This document shows, one piece after another, positions 37,402 to 46,681 of a stretch of 64,000 nt of DNA. The position numbers and the translations under genes were made by a program. The number at the start of each line of letters is the position of its first letter. Positions within the stretch are counted from its first letter, which is position 1. The notes beneath the pieces are model-generated. The model saw only the letters and a list, made by a program, of their open reading frames with translations, ran no database searches and had not been told where the DNA came from. Source of the DNA: an uncultured cyanobacterium (GTDB taxonomy: Bacteria; Cyanobacteriota; Cyanobacteriia; CAKZMO01); assembly GCA_963719515.1 (NCBI GenBank), contig CAVRCJ010000003.1, positions 320,001 through 384,000 of the forward strand, in the 5' to 3' direction.

Positions 37402-37875
37402 ATGAAACGACGCGAATTTATGAACTGGGTGGGCTTTGGGGCCCTGGCCGCCTCCCTCCCCGTGGCGATCGCCGCCTGTCAGCCTGATACCGCCTCGACC
37501 GACAGTGCCCCAACCGACAGCGCCCCTGCTGAAGATGAGACTGCATCCGCAGAACTGGACAGCACCCCTGACGCTGAGGGCTTCTCCGCCATCGGCACGG
37601 TTGCCGAGCTAGACGAGGGCAGCATTTCCAGCAAGAACTTCCAGGGCGAGCAGGTCGCCGTCGTTCGCGCAGCCGAAGGCGTTGTGGCGGTCAATACCCT
37701 CTGCACCCACCAAGGCTGTACCGTCAAATGGGACGGTGAAGCGTTTGCCTGCCCCTGCCACGGCTCCAACTTCTTCCCTGACGGCAGCGTTGCCACCGGC
37801 CCAGCATCAGAGCCGCTGCCGACCTATGAGGCTAAGATTGACGGCGATCGCGTCTTGGTCAAGGTGGCGGCGTAG
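37402..37875 (+). CDS. Rieske [2Fe-2S] lipoprotein (PetC3-like), Tat-exported
   Basis: MKRREF Tat signal, IAAC lipobox, CTHQGC and CPCHGS. Confidence 0.93.
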   Translation: MKRREFMNWVGFGALAASLPVAIAACQPDTASTDSAPTDSAPAEDETASAELDSTPDAEGFSAIGTVAELDEGSISSKNFQGEQVAVVRAAEGVVAVNTLCTHQGCTVKWDGEAFACPCHGSNFFPDGSVATGPASEPLPTYEAKIDGDRVLVKVAA

Positions 37876-37896
37876 TCCAAGACTACCCTCAGCTTG

Positions 37897-39627
37897 TTAA
37901 ATTCCGTGGCTTTTGCCGATCACCCAGTGACGGCGAAAGAATCGCGACAGCTGCGACTCGGCCAGAGGCAGGTAGATTGGGCGACCGTGGGGGCAGGTCT
38001 GGGGCTGGCGGGTCTGCTGCCACTGGGTCACCAGCGACTGCATCTCCGGCAGCGCTAGCGGCGTCCCGTTGCGGATGGCGGTGCGGCAAGCGGTGGCGAC
38101 AATGGCAGCCTCAGCGTCTTCCTGGCTGAGCTCCCGCAGCGCCTCGACGCAGTCCTCCCGCCCCATCAGCGCCTCCGGCAGCGTCCGTACGGCCCAGACG
38201 TTATCTCCAAAGGGCTCAATGTCAACGTCAATCTGCTGCAGTCGCTCCACCTGAGCCGCGGTTAGGCCCGTCAAAACCAGCGGCGACGCCACGGGCACCG
38301 TGCGCCAGCGATCGCACAGCTGCTCATAGATCACCCGCTCGTGGGCGATGTGCTGCTCAATCAGCCAAACGCCGCTGGGGTGCTCCGCCAGGATGTAGGT
38401 GTTGTGGACCTGGGCCAGCACCGTCAGCGACAGCAGCGGCAGCGCTGGGCTAGCTTGGTCTTCAACAGCCCCGTTGATTTTAGCCTTGTCGTCAGCGTCA
38501 CCCCCATCGGCGATCGCTCCATTCATCCGTGCGCCATAGGTTCCCCCCGTCTCCGCCACCGTTAGCAGCGACGACGTCCGGGGGACGGGGCTATCGGACG
38601 CCGCGACGAGGCCCTGACGCAGAGCTGTGGCGATCGCCCCCTTAATCTGCTCTCGCCACAGGTCCATATTCTGCAGGTGAATTTCACTTTTGGCCGGGTG
38701 ACGGTTCCAGTCAATCTGGGTTGGCGAAACCCTTAAATGCACGGCGCAAATAGGGTAGCGCCCTCGGGGGAGGCTGCGGTGAAAGACCCCTAAAATCGAC
38801 TGCGTCAGCGCCGGACATTGAACCACGCGACCGTTGATCGCCACCGTGACCCAGTCGGGTCGGTGACGGTGGCGGCGATCGGGCAGCGCCAGCACCAGGC
38901 GGCAGGGTGGGGCGTCTTCTTCTGCATCGCACAGATCGCTGGGCCAAACATGCTCCACCAGGTCCGCAGCAGGCAGCCGCAGAATTTGGGCCATTACCTG
39001 CCGCATGGTGTCGGGGTAGAGCTTAAACCAGGGGCGATCGCCCTGGTTGACCTGCCAGGTGAGGTGGGGATGGCACAGCGCTAGGGCATGGATGACCTGC
39101 TGCACCTGACGCAGCTGCTGAGACTTGGCGGGCAGGGCCAGCCGCCGTAGGGCCAGCCGCTGAAACAGATCCTCGACCGTCACCACAGTGCCGGGGGCGA
39201 TCGCCATAGGCTCTATCGCTGCTGGCTGGCCCTGTCCGTCGTACCGGACGCGCCAGCCCTGATCGGCGCCCCGCTGATAGCTACAGATTTCTAGGGAGGA
39301 GAGCTGCGCCAGGCTGTGCAGCGCCTCGCCGCGAAAGCCGAGGCTGCTAATACTGCGCAGATCTACGGCCTGGGAGATTTTGCTGGTGCTGTTGGCGGTC
39401 GCCGCCTGACGCAGATCTTCTGGGGAGAACCCAACGCCGTCATCCACCACTTGAGCCGCCCAGCGCTCGACGTCCACCGTCACCGTCAGGCGCTGGGCCC
39501 TAGCATCAATGGCGTTCTCCGCCAGCTCTCGCACCACAGCGGCCATGCAGTCGATCACCTCCCCCGCCGCAATCAGATGGACGACGTCTTGGGGAAGGGA
39601 CCGAATCAGGGATGGGGGCATAGGCAT
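37897..39627 (-). CDS. mutL: DNA mismatch repair endonuclease MutL
   Basis: IAAGEVI, ELAENAIDA, LGFRGEAL, EQHIAHERVIYE, ACR, CPHGRP. Confidence 0.96.
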   Translation of the reverse strand: MPMPPSLIRSLPQDVVHLIAAGEVIDCMAAVVRELAENAIDARAQRLTVTVDVERWAAQVVDDGVGFSPEDLRQAATANSTSKISQAVDLRSISSLGFRGEALHSLAQLSSLEICSYQRGADQGWRVRYDGQGQPAAIEPMAIAPGTVVTVEDLFQRLALRRLALPAKSQQLRQVQQVIHALALCHPHLTWQVNQGDRPWFKLYPDTMRQVMAQILRLPAADLVEHVWPSDLCDAEEDAPPCRLVLALPDRRHRHRPDWVTVAINGRVVQCPALTQSILGVFHRSLPRGRYPICAVHLRVSPTQIDWNRHPAKSEIHLQNMDLWREQIKGAIATALRQGLVAASDSPVPRTSSLLTVAETGGTYGARMNGAIADGGDADDKAKINGAVEDQASPALPLLSLTVLAQVHNTYILAEHPSGVWLIEQHIAHERVIYEQLCDRWRTVPVASPLVLTGLTAAQVERLQQIDVDIEPFGDNVWAVRTLPEALMGREDCVEALRELSQEDAEAAIVATACRTAIRNGTPLALPEMQSLVTQWQQTRQPQTCPHGRPIYLPLAESQLSRFFRRHWVIGKSHGI

Positions 39628-39726
39628 GGGGGGGGATGCACAGAAGAGGACTGTCGACCGAGGTGATGCCTTCTGTACTATCCTATCGAGGATGCCGCAG
39701 CAATCGAGCCCAGGAGGGCGCAGACG

Positions 39727-40116
39727 ATGTCGAGCTATGACGCGATCTACCAAATCGTGCGACAGATTCCTCAGGGGAAAGTCGCGACCTATGGTCAAGT
39801 GGCTAATCTGGCGGGGCTGCCGGGACGAGCGCGCCTTGTGGGCTATGCTCTTCACCGCGTCGATACCCCAGATTCAGAAATTCCCTGGCACCGCGTGATC
39901 AACGCCAAAGGGGAGATCTCTTACTCGGCACTGCGGCGCGGCGGCGACTACCTGCAGCGATCGCTGCTAGAAGATGAGGGCATTGAATTTACGTCGGCGG
40001 GAAAAGTCAGCTTTGCCCGGTGTCTGTGGCATCCCTCGGATCTTCTAGAGGAAGCTCACCTCGGTAACCCCGTTCTCGATAGCCCCATGCTTGATGGACC
40101 TATACCCGATGGCTAA
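39727..40116 (+). CDS. Alkyltransferase-like protein (MGMT family, ATL type)
   Basis: IPQGKVATYGQVA, ARLVG; PWHRV in place of catalytic PCHRV. Confidence 0.92.
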   Translation: MSSYDAIYQIVRQIPQGKVATYGQVANLAGLPGRARLVGYALHRVDTPDSEIPWHRVINAKGEISYSALRRGGDYLQRSLLEDEGIEFTSAGKVSFARCLWHPSDLLEEAHLGNPVLDSPMLDGPIPDG

Positions 40117-40696
40117 CCAAGGGCGCGACAAAGACTTGATTGCGCCCCTGGTTTTTGGCCAGGCGTAGAGCAGATTCTGCCGCCTCAACTAAGACTGACT
40201 GCTCTTCATGCTGCTGCGGAACTTGACTGGCAACGCCTACCGAGATGGAAACGCTAATCAGGTTCGAGCGAATCCGCATTGTCTCGGCCAATCCCGCTGC
40301 TCCCTCAACGTCGGTCGCGGACAAAATGCAGGCAAATTCGTCTCCACTACAGCGGGCCAGGCTGTCCCCGGCGCGTTTGGAAATAGAGATGAAGGCCTGG
40401 GCGAGGTGACGCAGCAGCATGTCTCCCCCGGCGCGGCCCTTACTTTCGTTGTAGTCTTTGAAGCAGTCGATCCCGGCCAAGATTAAGCTCAGCGGCTCCT
40501 CTCGCCGGGCGCAGCGCCGCCATTCTCGAGCCAGCATGAGATTGAAGCCACGGCGATTATAGAGGCCCGTCAGCTCATCGGTCACCGCCTGATGCTGCAG
40601 TCGCTGGTTTTCAGCCTCAAGCGCCGCTATGCGGCCCAACAGCTCTTGAATCTCGCCTGAGCTAGAGGGCTCGTGATCATTGGAGCGCGTCGACAT
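40100..40696 (-). CDS. Coiled-coil plus degenerate GGDEF domain protein
   Basis: TDELTGLYNRR, RAGD I-site, SGDEF, AKNQGRN. Confidence 0.88.
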   Translation of the reverse strand: MSTRSNDHEPSSSGEIQELLGRIAALEAENQRLQHQAVTDELTGLYNRRGFNLMLAREWRRCARREEPLSLILAGIDCFKDYNESKGRAGGDMLLRHLAQAFISISKRAGDSLARCSGDEFACILSATDVEGAAGLAETMRIRSNLISVSISVGVASQVPQQHEEQSVLVEAAESALRLAKNQGRNQVFVAPLVSHRV

Positions 40697-40728
40697 GGAA
40701 GTTTACCTCAACAAAGGTTGCACTGAAT

Positions 40729-42060
40729 CTAACTGAATGTGAATACTCCCGACGTTCTTCCTGCAGAAGCGCTTTGCGAACATCCTACGGATAGAGCGCG
40801 GGCTTCATCGGTCACCCGATGAGCGTCCTGCTTCTGGGCCAGTTGGCTAGATATGGTTTCCCACATCCCCGCTACCTCGACTCCACAGGCAATTTGAATA
40901 CCCGAAATTCCACGGGCATTGATGACTTGAGCAGCGGCAATATCCCTCGGCTTGAGCGACCCACACTCAGGGCACCGATGAACGCGATCGCCCCACGACT
41001 TTTTGACCGCAGCGCCGCAATTAGGACACTCCTGAGAGGTGCCGTAGGGGTCAACCTTGCCGTAGTAGACACCGCGCTTGAAGCATACCCACGGCAAGAC
41101 CTGGTTCACGAACTGCCCAAGGCCAGCGTCCAGGGTGTGCTTACCTAGCATCCCTTTCGCCATGACGCGAAAGTCAAGGTCTATGTCCTTCGGACAGGCT
41201 GCGCCAACGGCAAAGATGATTTGGGCCTGGTCACAAAGCTTGTGGGCCAGCTTGAACTGCCAGTCAAGTCGACAGGCCGCTATCTGCTCATGCACCCGTC
41301 CAATTCTTCCGATGAGCTTGGCGCGGTTCTTCGAGCGCCGCTGCTTATTCTTCAGTCTGCGTTGCAGCAATTTAAGCTTGCGCTGCAGCTTACCGAAAAA
41401 GCGCGGGCGCTCTACCTGCAAGCCGTTGGAAGTGGACAGGAAGTACTCAATCCCTACGTCAATGCCAATGCTGTCCCCAGCAGGGATGACATCAGGCACG
41501 TTGACATCGGCTTGAATGCAAAGGGTAGCGTACCACCCCGAATGCTTTTTGATTATGCGCACCGTCTTGACCTTGAATCCGTCAGGAATAGGGCGGTGCA
41601 GAACGATGCGCATCGTGCCCAGCTTAGGCAACTTGATTTGGCTACCCGTCACCGGGTTTTCCTTGAACTGCGGAAAGAGAAACGAGCGGTATTGCCCAAA
41701 CTTTTTGAAGCGCGGGAAACCATGACCTCGCTCTTTTCTCGCAGCAAACGCCGCCTCTATCCGTCCTATAACGTCTTGAAGAACCTGCGACTGCACTTCT
41801 TTCAGGTGAGGAAACACTTTTTTAGCGGCAGTCAGCGATCGCTTCTGAGCGTAGTAATTGGGGTAGGGTACATCTGCTGGCATGATGTACTCCGACTGAA
41901 GCGAGCAGGCATTAGCTACGCAGCTTCTCGACTTTACCCAGTCCTTGCGTTCGCGCAGTGCATAGTTGTAGACGCCGCGACAGGTCTCAAGCCAACAGAC
42001 CATACGGGCTTCCTGCTCAAGAGACGGATAAATTCTGTAGGAGTAGTTCAAGGTCAACAT
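40729..42060 (-). CDS. tnpB: RNA-guided endonuclease TnpB; RuvC-II Glu position disrupted
   Basis: YSYRIYPS HTH, GFPRFKK, IGIDVG (RuvC-I), TSQECPNCG/CPECG Zn finger, RDIAAA (RuvC-III). Confidence 0.93.
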   Translation of the reverse strand: MLTLNYSYRIYPSLEQEARMVCWLETCRGVYNYALRERKDWVKSRSCVANACSLQSEYIMPADVPYPNYYAQKRSLTAAKKVFPHLKEVQSQVLQDVIGRIEAAFAARKERGHGFPRFKKFGQYRSFLFPQFKENPVTGSQIKLPKLGTMRIVLHRPIPDGFKVKTVRIIKKHSGWYATLCIQADVNVPDVIPAGDSIGIDVGIEYFLSTSNGLQVERPRFFGKLQRKLKLLQRRLKNKQRRSKNRAKLIGRIGRVHEQIAACRLDWQFKLAHKLCDQAQIIFAVGAACPKDIDLDFRVMAKGMLGKHTLDAGLGQFVNQVLPWVCFKRGVYYGKVDPYGTSQECPNCGAAVKKSWGDRVHRCPECGSLKPRDIAAAQVINARGISGIQIACGVEVAGMWETISSQLAQKQDAHRVTDEARALSVGCSQSASAGRTSGVFTFS

Positions 42061-42181
42061 GCCTCGATCATAGCATTTCTAGGAAGGGCAGCGCTACTCC
42101 TTAGAAATGCTTGCCACCGCCTCGCTCGCTTACATCCCGACGCTGCTGCTGCGCATACAGCGCGGGGCTTTCACGAACTAT
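40739..42181 (-). mobile_element. IS200/IS605-family (IS1341-like, tnpB-only) insertion sequence
   Basis: Subterminal hairpins CCCGACG...GCGCGGG at both ends; right end ...TTCAC; TTTAG just 5' of the left end; no tnpA. Confidence 0.82.
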
Positions 42182-42217
42182 CTAAACGTACGGATGCGCT
42201 TGACACAGTCAGTCAGA

Positions 42218-43798
42218 TCACCCCTGTACAGTGAGCGTGCTTAGATCCGAGATGCTGCCAGCGATTGTGACGCCGCGATCGTTCGCCGCTAGGTGTCTCA
42301 CTATTTTGTAGATGATTTCGATTTTATCGCCTGCACTGACCTTTGTGGCCAAATCAGACAGAGAGAGCGAACCGGGCGTAGATTCAAGCAACTCAACCAC
42401 TTGAGTCTGTAGCTCAAGAATAGAGGCCGCCGCTTTTTTACCGGCTTCCACACCCGGCTGATGGTAGGCATTGATGTTGACCAAGGAGGCGTAAAAGCCG
42501 ACAGCGCGGTCGTACAGCGCAATCAGCGCTCCGACGGTGTAGGGAGTGACGCGCGGCATTGTGACGGTTATTGAGTCTCGGTCGTTTTCGTATAGCGCCT
42601 GGCGGGTGCCCTGTAGCAGCCCTGACAGGTAATCTCCGCTGGTGACCCCTGGCTCTACCTCAATGGGATCGGTGGCCCCATCTTCAAGCACTTCGATCAG
42701 CGTGACGAAGAAGTTGTTCACCCCTTCTCGCAGCTGCTGGACGTAGGCATGCTGGTCTGTCGAGCCTTTGTTGCCGTAGACGGCGATGCCCTGATGCACT
42801 ACGTTGCCTGCTAAATCGGTCTCTTTCCCCAAAGATTCCATCACTAGCTGCTGCAGGTAGCGGCTAAACAGCAGCAGGCTGTCTTTGTAGGGCAGAACCA
42901 CCATATCTTTTTCCCCCTTCCCATTCCCTGAAACATGCCAGGCCAGGGCTAGGAGCGCCGCTGGGTTGCCCTTGATAGAGCGATCGCGGGTCTCCTCATC
43001 CATCGCGCGAGCGCCGTCGAGCATCGCCTGGATATCGATGCCCTGTAGCGCTGCGGGCAGCAGCCCCACTGCCGACAGCTCAGAGGTGCGCCCCCCCACC
43101 CAATCGTGCATGGGGAAGCGAGCTAGCCATCCCTCTTGCTGGGCCTGCCGGTCGAGCTTACTGCCCTCACCGGTAACGGCGATCGCATATTGGGCAAAGT
43201 TGAGGCCGCGCACCTCATAGGCGTTTTTGGTTTCCAGCATGCCGTTGCGCGTCTCAGGTGTGCCGCCTGACTTGGAGATTGTAATCACCAGCGTGCTGGT
43301 CAGCCGATCTTTGAGGGTGGTCAACGTGCGGCCCACGCCGGCAGGATCGGTATTGTCTATAAAGTGAATATCCATGGGCGGATCGATACCCGCTAGCGCT
43401 GAAGAGACAAACTCTGGCCCCAAGGCCGACCCCCCAATACCGATGGAGAGGATATCTGTGAACTTCTGGGCCTGTGGCGGACAGATTTCTCCGGCGTGAA
43501 CTTTGGCGACAAATGTTTTAATGTGCTCTAGGGTTTCGACAATTTCCCGCTTGAGTTCGGCGTTGGGGGCCAATTCAGGGTTGCGTAGCCAGTAATGACC
43601 CACCATGCGACCCTCATCTGGGTTGGCGATCGCCCCCGCTTCTAGGGCGGCCATATCGTCGAAAGCTTTGTCGAAAGAAGGCGCTAAGGCCTCTACCTGC
43701 TCATCCGTGAACCGCATACGGCTGATATCGACGTAGAAATTTAAGCTATCGGAGTAGTACAACCAGTCTTGATACCGCTGCCACAGTTCAGAGTTCAT
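42218..43798 (-). CDS. pgi: Glucose-6-phosphate isomerase
   Basis: [46 protein letters not shown]. Confidence 0.98.
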   Translation of the reverse strand: MNSELWQRYQDWLYYSDSLNFYVDISRMRFTDEQVEALAPSFDKAFDDMAALEAGAIANPDEGRMVGHYWLRNPELAPNAELKREIVETLEHIKTFVAKVHAGEICPPQAQKFTDILSIGIGGSALGPEFVSSALAGIDPPMDIHFIDNTDPAGVGRTLTTLKDRLTSTLVITISKSGGTPETRNGMLETKNAYEVRGLNFAQYAIAVTGEGSKLDRQAQQEGWLARFPMHDWVGGRTSELSAVGLLPAALQGIDIQAMLDGARAMDEETRDRSIKGNPAALLALAWHVSGNGKGEKDMVVLPYKDSLLLFSRYLQQLVMESLGKETDLAGNVVHQGIAVYGNKGSTDQHAYVQQLREGVNNFFVTLIEVLEDGATDPIEVEPGVTSGDYLSGLLQGTRQALYENDRDSITVTMPRVTPYTVGALIALYDRAVGFYASLVNINAYHQPGVEAGKKAAASILELQTQVVELLESTPGSLSLSDLATKVSAGDKIEIIYKIVRHLAANDRGVTIAGSISDLSTLTVQG

Positions 43799-44182
43799 CT
43801 ATAGCGTCTCCTGCTTTTCCTGTAACGATGTCTAATAACTAAAAAAATAGAGGGACTGGATTAGAGATTGATTAACCCATCCCTTTGCCGGTCACTTAAT
43901 TATGCGGGATAGAGGTCTGCAGCACTCAACATTTGAATGCATCCGGGGGACTGTTCGACTACAGTTTACTCAATTCGCACCCTCTCCTCCGAAGGGTTTA
44001 GGCAATCGCAAAGTTTGTGAAGCCTGCAAGATGAATTACGAGAGCAGCGGTTTGATGAGGGCTGCTAGATCAACGCAGCGCCTTGTCATTTCTGTTTAAT
44101 TCTTGACCTGGAGAAGGTTTATAACGGTATCGCAGCCGAAACGGGTACGATTTGGATTAAGCTTTGATAAGTTCTGGGCTAA

Positions 44183-45304
44183 GTGACGACTGAGGAGTGG
44201 GGAAACGTGGGTGCAACAGCCAAGCCTGCTACAGGTGTAGGTCTACTCTCGGGAACGGTATTACTCTGGGCTCTTGCCGCTGGGGCGATCGCCACGGTTA
44301 TGGGGTTGGGGTGGGAGTACCCCGCCCTGCGGTTCAGCCTGCTCGCAGCGCTGCTGCTGTCGGCAGGGCTGTCAGCAGCGGCAGGCCACCGCGCCGTGCC
44401 CTTGCTGCAGGCGCTCAAGGCGGGGCAGTTCATCCGCGAAGATGGTCCCCAGTCCCATTTGACCAAGGCCGGAACGCCCACGATGGGCGGAATTTTCTTT
44501 ATCCCCGCCGGGCTCGTGGTGGCTATAGCGCTGACGGTTACGCTGCCTGGAGGTGCGCCAGCCGTGCTGGTGGCTAGCGGAGTGACCCTGGCGTTTGCGG
44601 CAATCGGCTGGGCTGATGACTGGCAGGTAATTCGGCGGCGGTCAAATAAAGGTATTTCTCCTACCTTGAAGCTTGGGCTGCAGCTCGTGGTCAGCGTCGC
44701 GTTTTGCCTATGGCTGTTCTTTACCCAGTCTAGTGAGATAACAACGTTGATCTTGCCCGGTATAGCGCTGCCCCTGGGCTGGCTGTTTTGGCTGGTGGCA
44801 GGGTTTGTGCCCGTGGCGCAAAGCAATGCCACCAACCTCACTGATGGGGTAGACGGGTTGATGGGGGGTACAGGGGCGATCGCCTTTCTGGGCTTAGCGG
44901 GGCTGATGGCCCAGGCCCACCCAGATCTGGCGATCTTCAGCGTCTGCATGGCGGGAGCCTGCTTGGGATTTTTGGTCTACAACCGCCACCCGGCCCGCGT
45001 GTTCATGGGCGACACTGGCTCGCTAGCGCTGGGGGGGGCGATGGCGGCGGTCGGGCTGCTGGGTCACAGCCTCTTTGGTCTGCTGGTGGTCAGCGGCATT
45101 TTCTTGGCCGAGACGCTGTCGGTGCTGCTGCAGGTGGGCTATTACAAAGCGACTAAGGATGAAAATGGGGTGGGTAAACGTCTATTCAAGATGGCACCGC
45201 TGCACCACCACCTCGAACTGACCGGCTGGAGTGAGCTACGCGTCGTTACGTTTCTTTATGGCGTCGGGAGCCTTTTGGCGCTGTCAAGCGCTCTGCTGAT
45301 GTAG
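44183..45304 (+). CDS. mraY: Phospho-N-acetylmuramoyl-pentapeptide transferase
   Basis: KAGTPTMGG, NLTDGVDGL, FMGDTGS, MAPLHHHLE. Confidence 0.97.
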   Translation: MTTEEWGNVGATAKPATGVGLLSGTVLLWALAAGAIATVMGLGWEYPALRFSLLAALLLSAGLSAAAGHRAVPLLQALKAGQFIREDGPQSHLTKAGTPTMGGIFFIPAGLVVAIALTVTLPGGAPAVLVASGVTLAFAAIGWADDWQVIRRRSNKGISPTLKLGLQLVVSVAFCLWLFFTQSSEITTLILPGIALPLGWLFWLVAGFVPVAQSNATNLTDGVDGLMGGTGAIAFLGLAGLMAQAHPDLAIFSVCMAGACLGFLVYNRHPARVFMGDTGSLALGGAMAAVGLLGHSLFGLLVVSGIFLAETLSVLLQVGYYKATKDENGVGKRLFKMAPLHHHLELTGWSELRVVTFLYGVGSLLALSSALLM

Positions 45305-45478
45305 CGCCAAAAGGCAACATTGGTCCGGCTTAGGCACAACATATTGGGTAGATAGGCTCTGTATTATCCCCAAACTCTACAGAATTACGCCAGCTTGACC
45401 CTATCGCTCTTTGTGCCCGTAACCGCCAAATTGGCTTTGTACCTCGCTTTTCTGCGCAGAACCAACTAGCATGAGGGA

Positions 45479-46609
45479 GTGACTAATGTGCATTATCCCT
45501 TACGCTCGCTTCAGCGGAAGTGCTGGTTTAAGCTCATTTGTGGCGCTAGTTTTCAGCACCTTCCAGTTGTTAGAAGTTTAGCTCTCGCCTACGGGTTGGC
45601 GGGCAGCGATTGTGTAGACGTCGCCGCCGACCCCGCTGTGATTGCCGCCGTTCGTGACGCCTACAGGGCGATCGCCTCCTGCTCCTCGGATGCGCGGCTG
45701 CGGGGCTATCAGCCCCGGTCTCCCTGGCTCATGGTCAGCCTTAACGATGGGGACGATCCTCATTTTCGCAAAGCGGCTTTTGACCCTGCCCGCTGTCCCC
45801 CCCAATGCCCTCGCCCCTGCGAGGCGGTTTGTCCTGCGGCAGCCATTTCCCCCGAGCGCGATCGCGGCGTGCTGAGCGAGCGGTGCTACGGCTGCGGGCG
45901 CTGTCTGCCCGTCTGCCCAGAGGGCTATATTTCAGCCCAATCGTATCGCGTTTCGCCTGAGGTAGTGGCCCCGCTGGTGATGTCGGGGGTAGATGCGGTG
46001 GAAATTCACACGCAGGTAGGACACACCGACCGCTTTCGCAGCCTGTGGCGTCGGGCTATTCAGCCTCAGCTCGGACAGCTGAAGCTGGTGGCGGTCAGCT
46101 GCCCCGATGGCGATGATGTTGTGGACTATCTCTGGTCGCTATACACCATGATGACGCCCTTGCCCTGTCCCTTGGTGTGGCAGGTTGACGGACGTCCCAT
46201 GAGCGGCGACTTGGGCAGAGGCACCACCCACGCCACCCTGCGGCTGGCCCAGAAGGTGGCGGCGGCGGGGTTGCCCGGCTACATTCAGCTGGCGGGCGGG
46301 ACCAACCACCATACGGTTCCAGCTCTGCGGCAGCGGGGGAGGCTAGGTCAGAACGTCTGCGCGGATGCGCCGCTGCCGGTGGCCGGGATTGCCTACGGCA
46401 GCTATGCCCGTACCCAGCTGATGCCGCTGCTTGACCGCCTTGAGACCGCTTCGCCGTTGTCTTGTCTCGAAGATCACCCCGACCTGCTGTGGCAGGCCGT
46501 CGCGATCGCCCACAAGCTTGTCTCTCAGGTGAAGCAGGCCAGCCTGCCGCTGGCAGCACCTATCGAGCCCTTACTCCCGGAGGTTATCCCCGCTCGCGTT
46601 CTACCCTGA
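45479..46609 (+). CDS. ldpA: Circadian input protein LdpA (4Fe-4S)
   Basis: WFKLICGAS, DVAADPAV, DPHFRKA, CPPQCPRPCEAVCP, CYGCGRCLPVCP, DGRPMSGD, QLAGGTN. Confidence 0.93.
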   Translation: MTNVHYPLRSLQRKCWFKLICGASFQHLPVVRSLALAYGLAGSDCVDVAADPAVIAAVRDAYRAIASCSSDARLRGYQPRSPWLMVSLNDGDDPHFRKAAFDPARCPPQCPRPCEAVCPAAAISPERDRGVLSERCYGCGRCLPVCPEGYISAQSYRVSPEVVAPLVMSGVDAVEIHTQVGHTDRFRSLWRRAIQPQLGQLKLVAVSCPDGDDVVDYLWSLYTMMTPLPCPLVWQVDGRPMSGDLGRGTTHATLRLAQKVAAAGLPGYIQLAGGTNHHTVPALRQRGRLGQNVCADAPLPVAGIAYGSYARTQLMPLLDRLETASPLSCLEDHPDLLWQAVAIAHKLVSQVKQASLPLAAPIEPLLPEVIPARVLP

Positions 46610-46681
46610 TGCAGCACCGCCCGCTTTATTGGGCCGTGCTGTCCGCGTCGTATTCGTTATTCAACCCTGTAGTTTTTATCT

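Noticed and set aside
41221..42234. 337-aa + strand ORF
   Set aside because: Antisense shadow of tnpB with no recognisable motifs.
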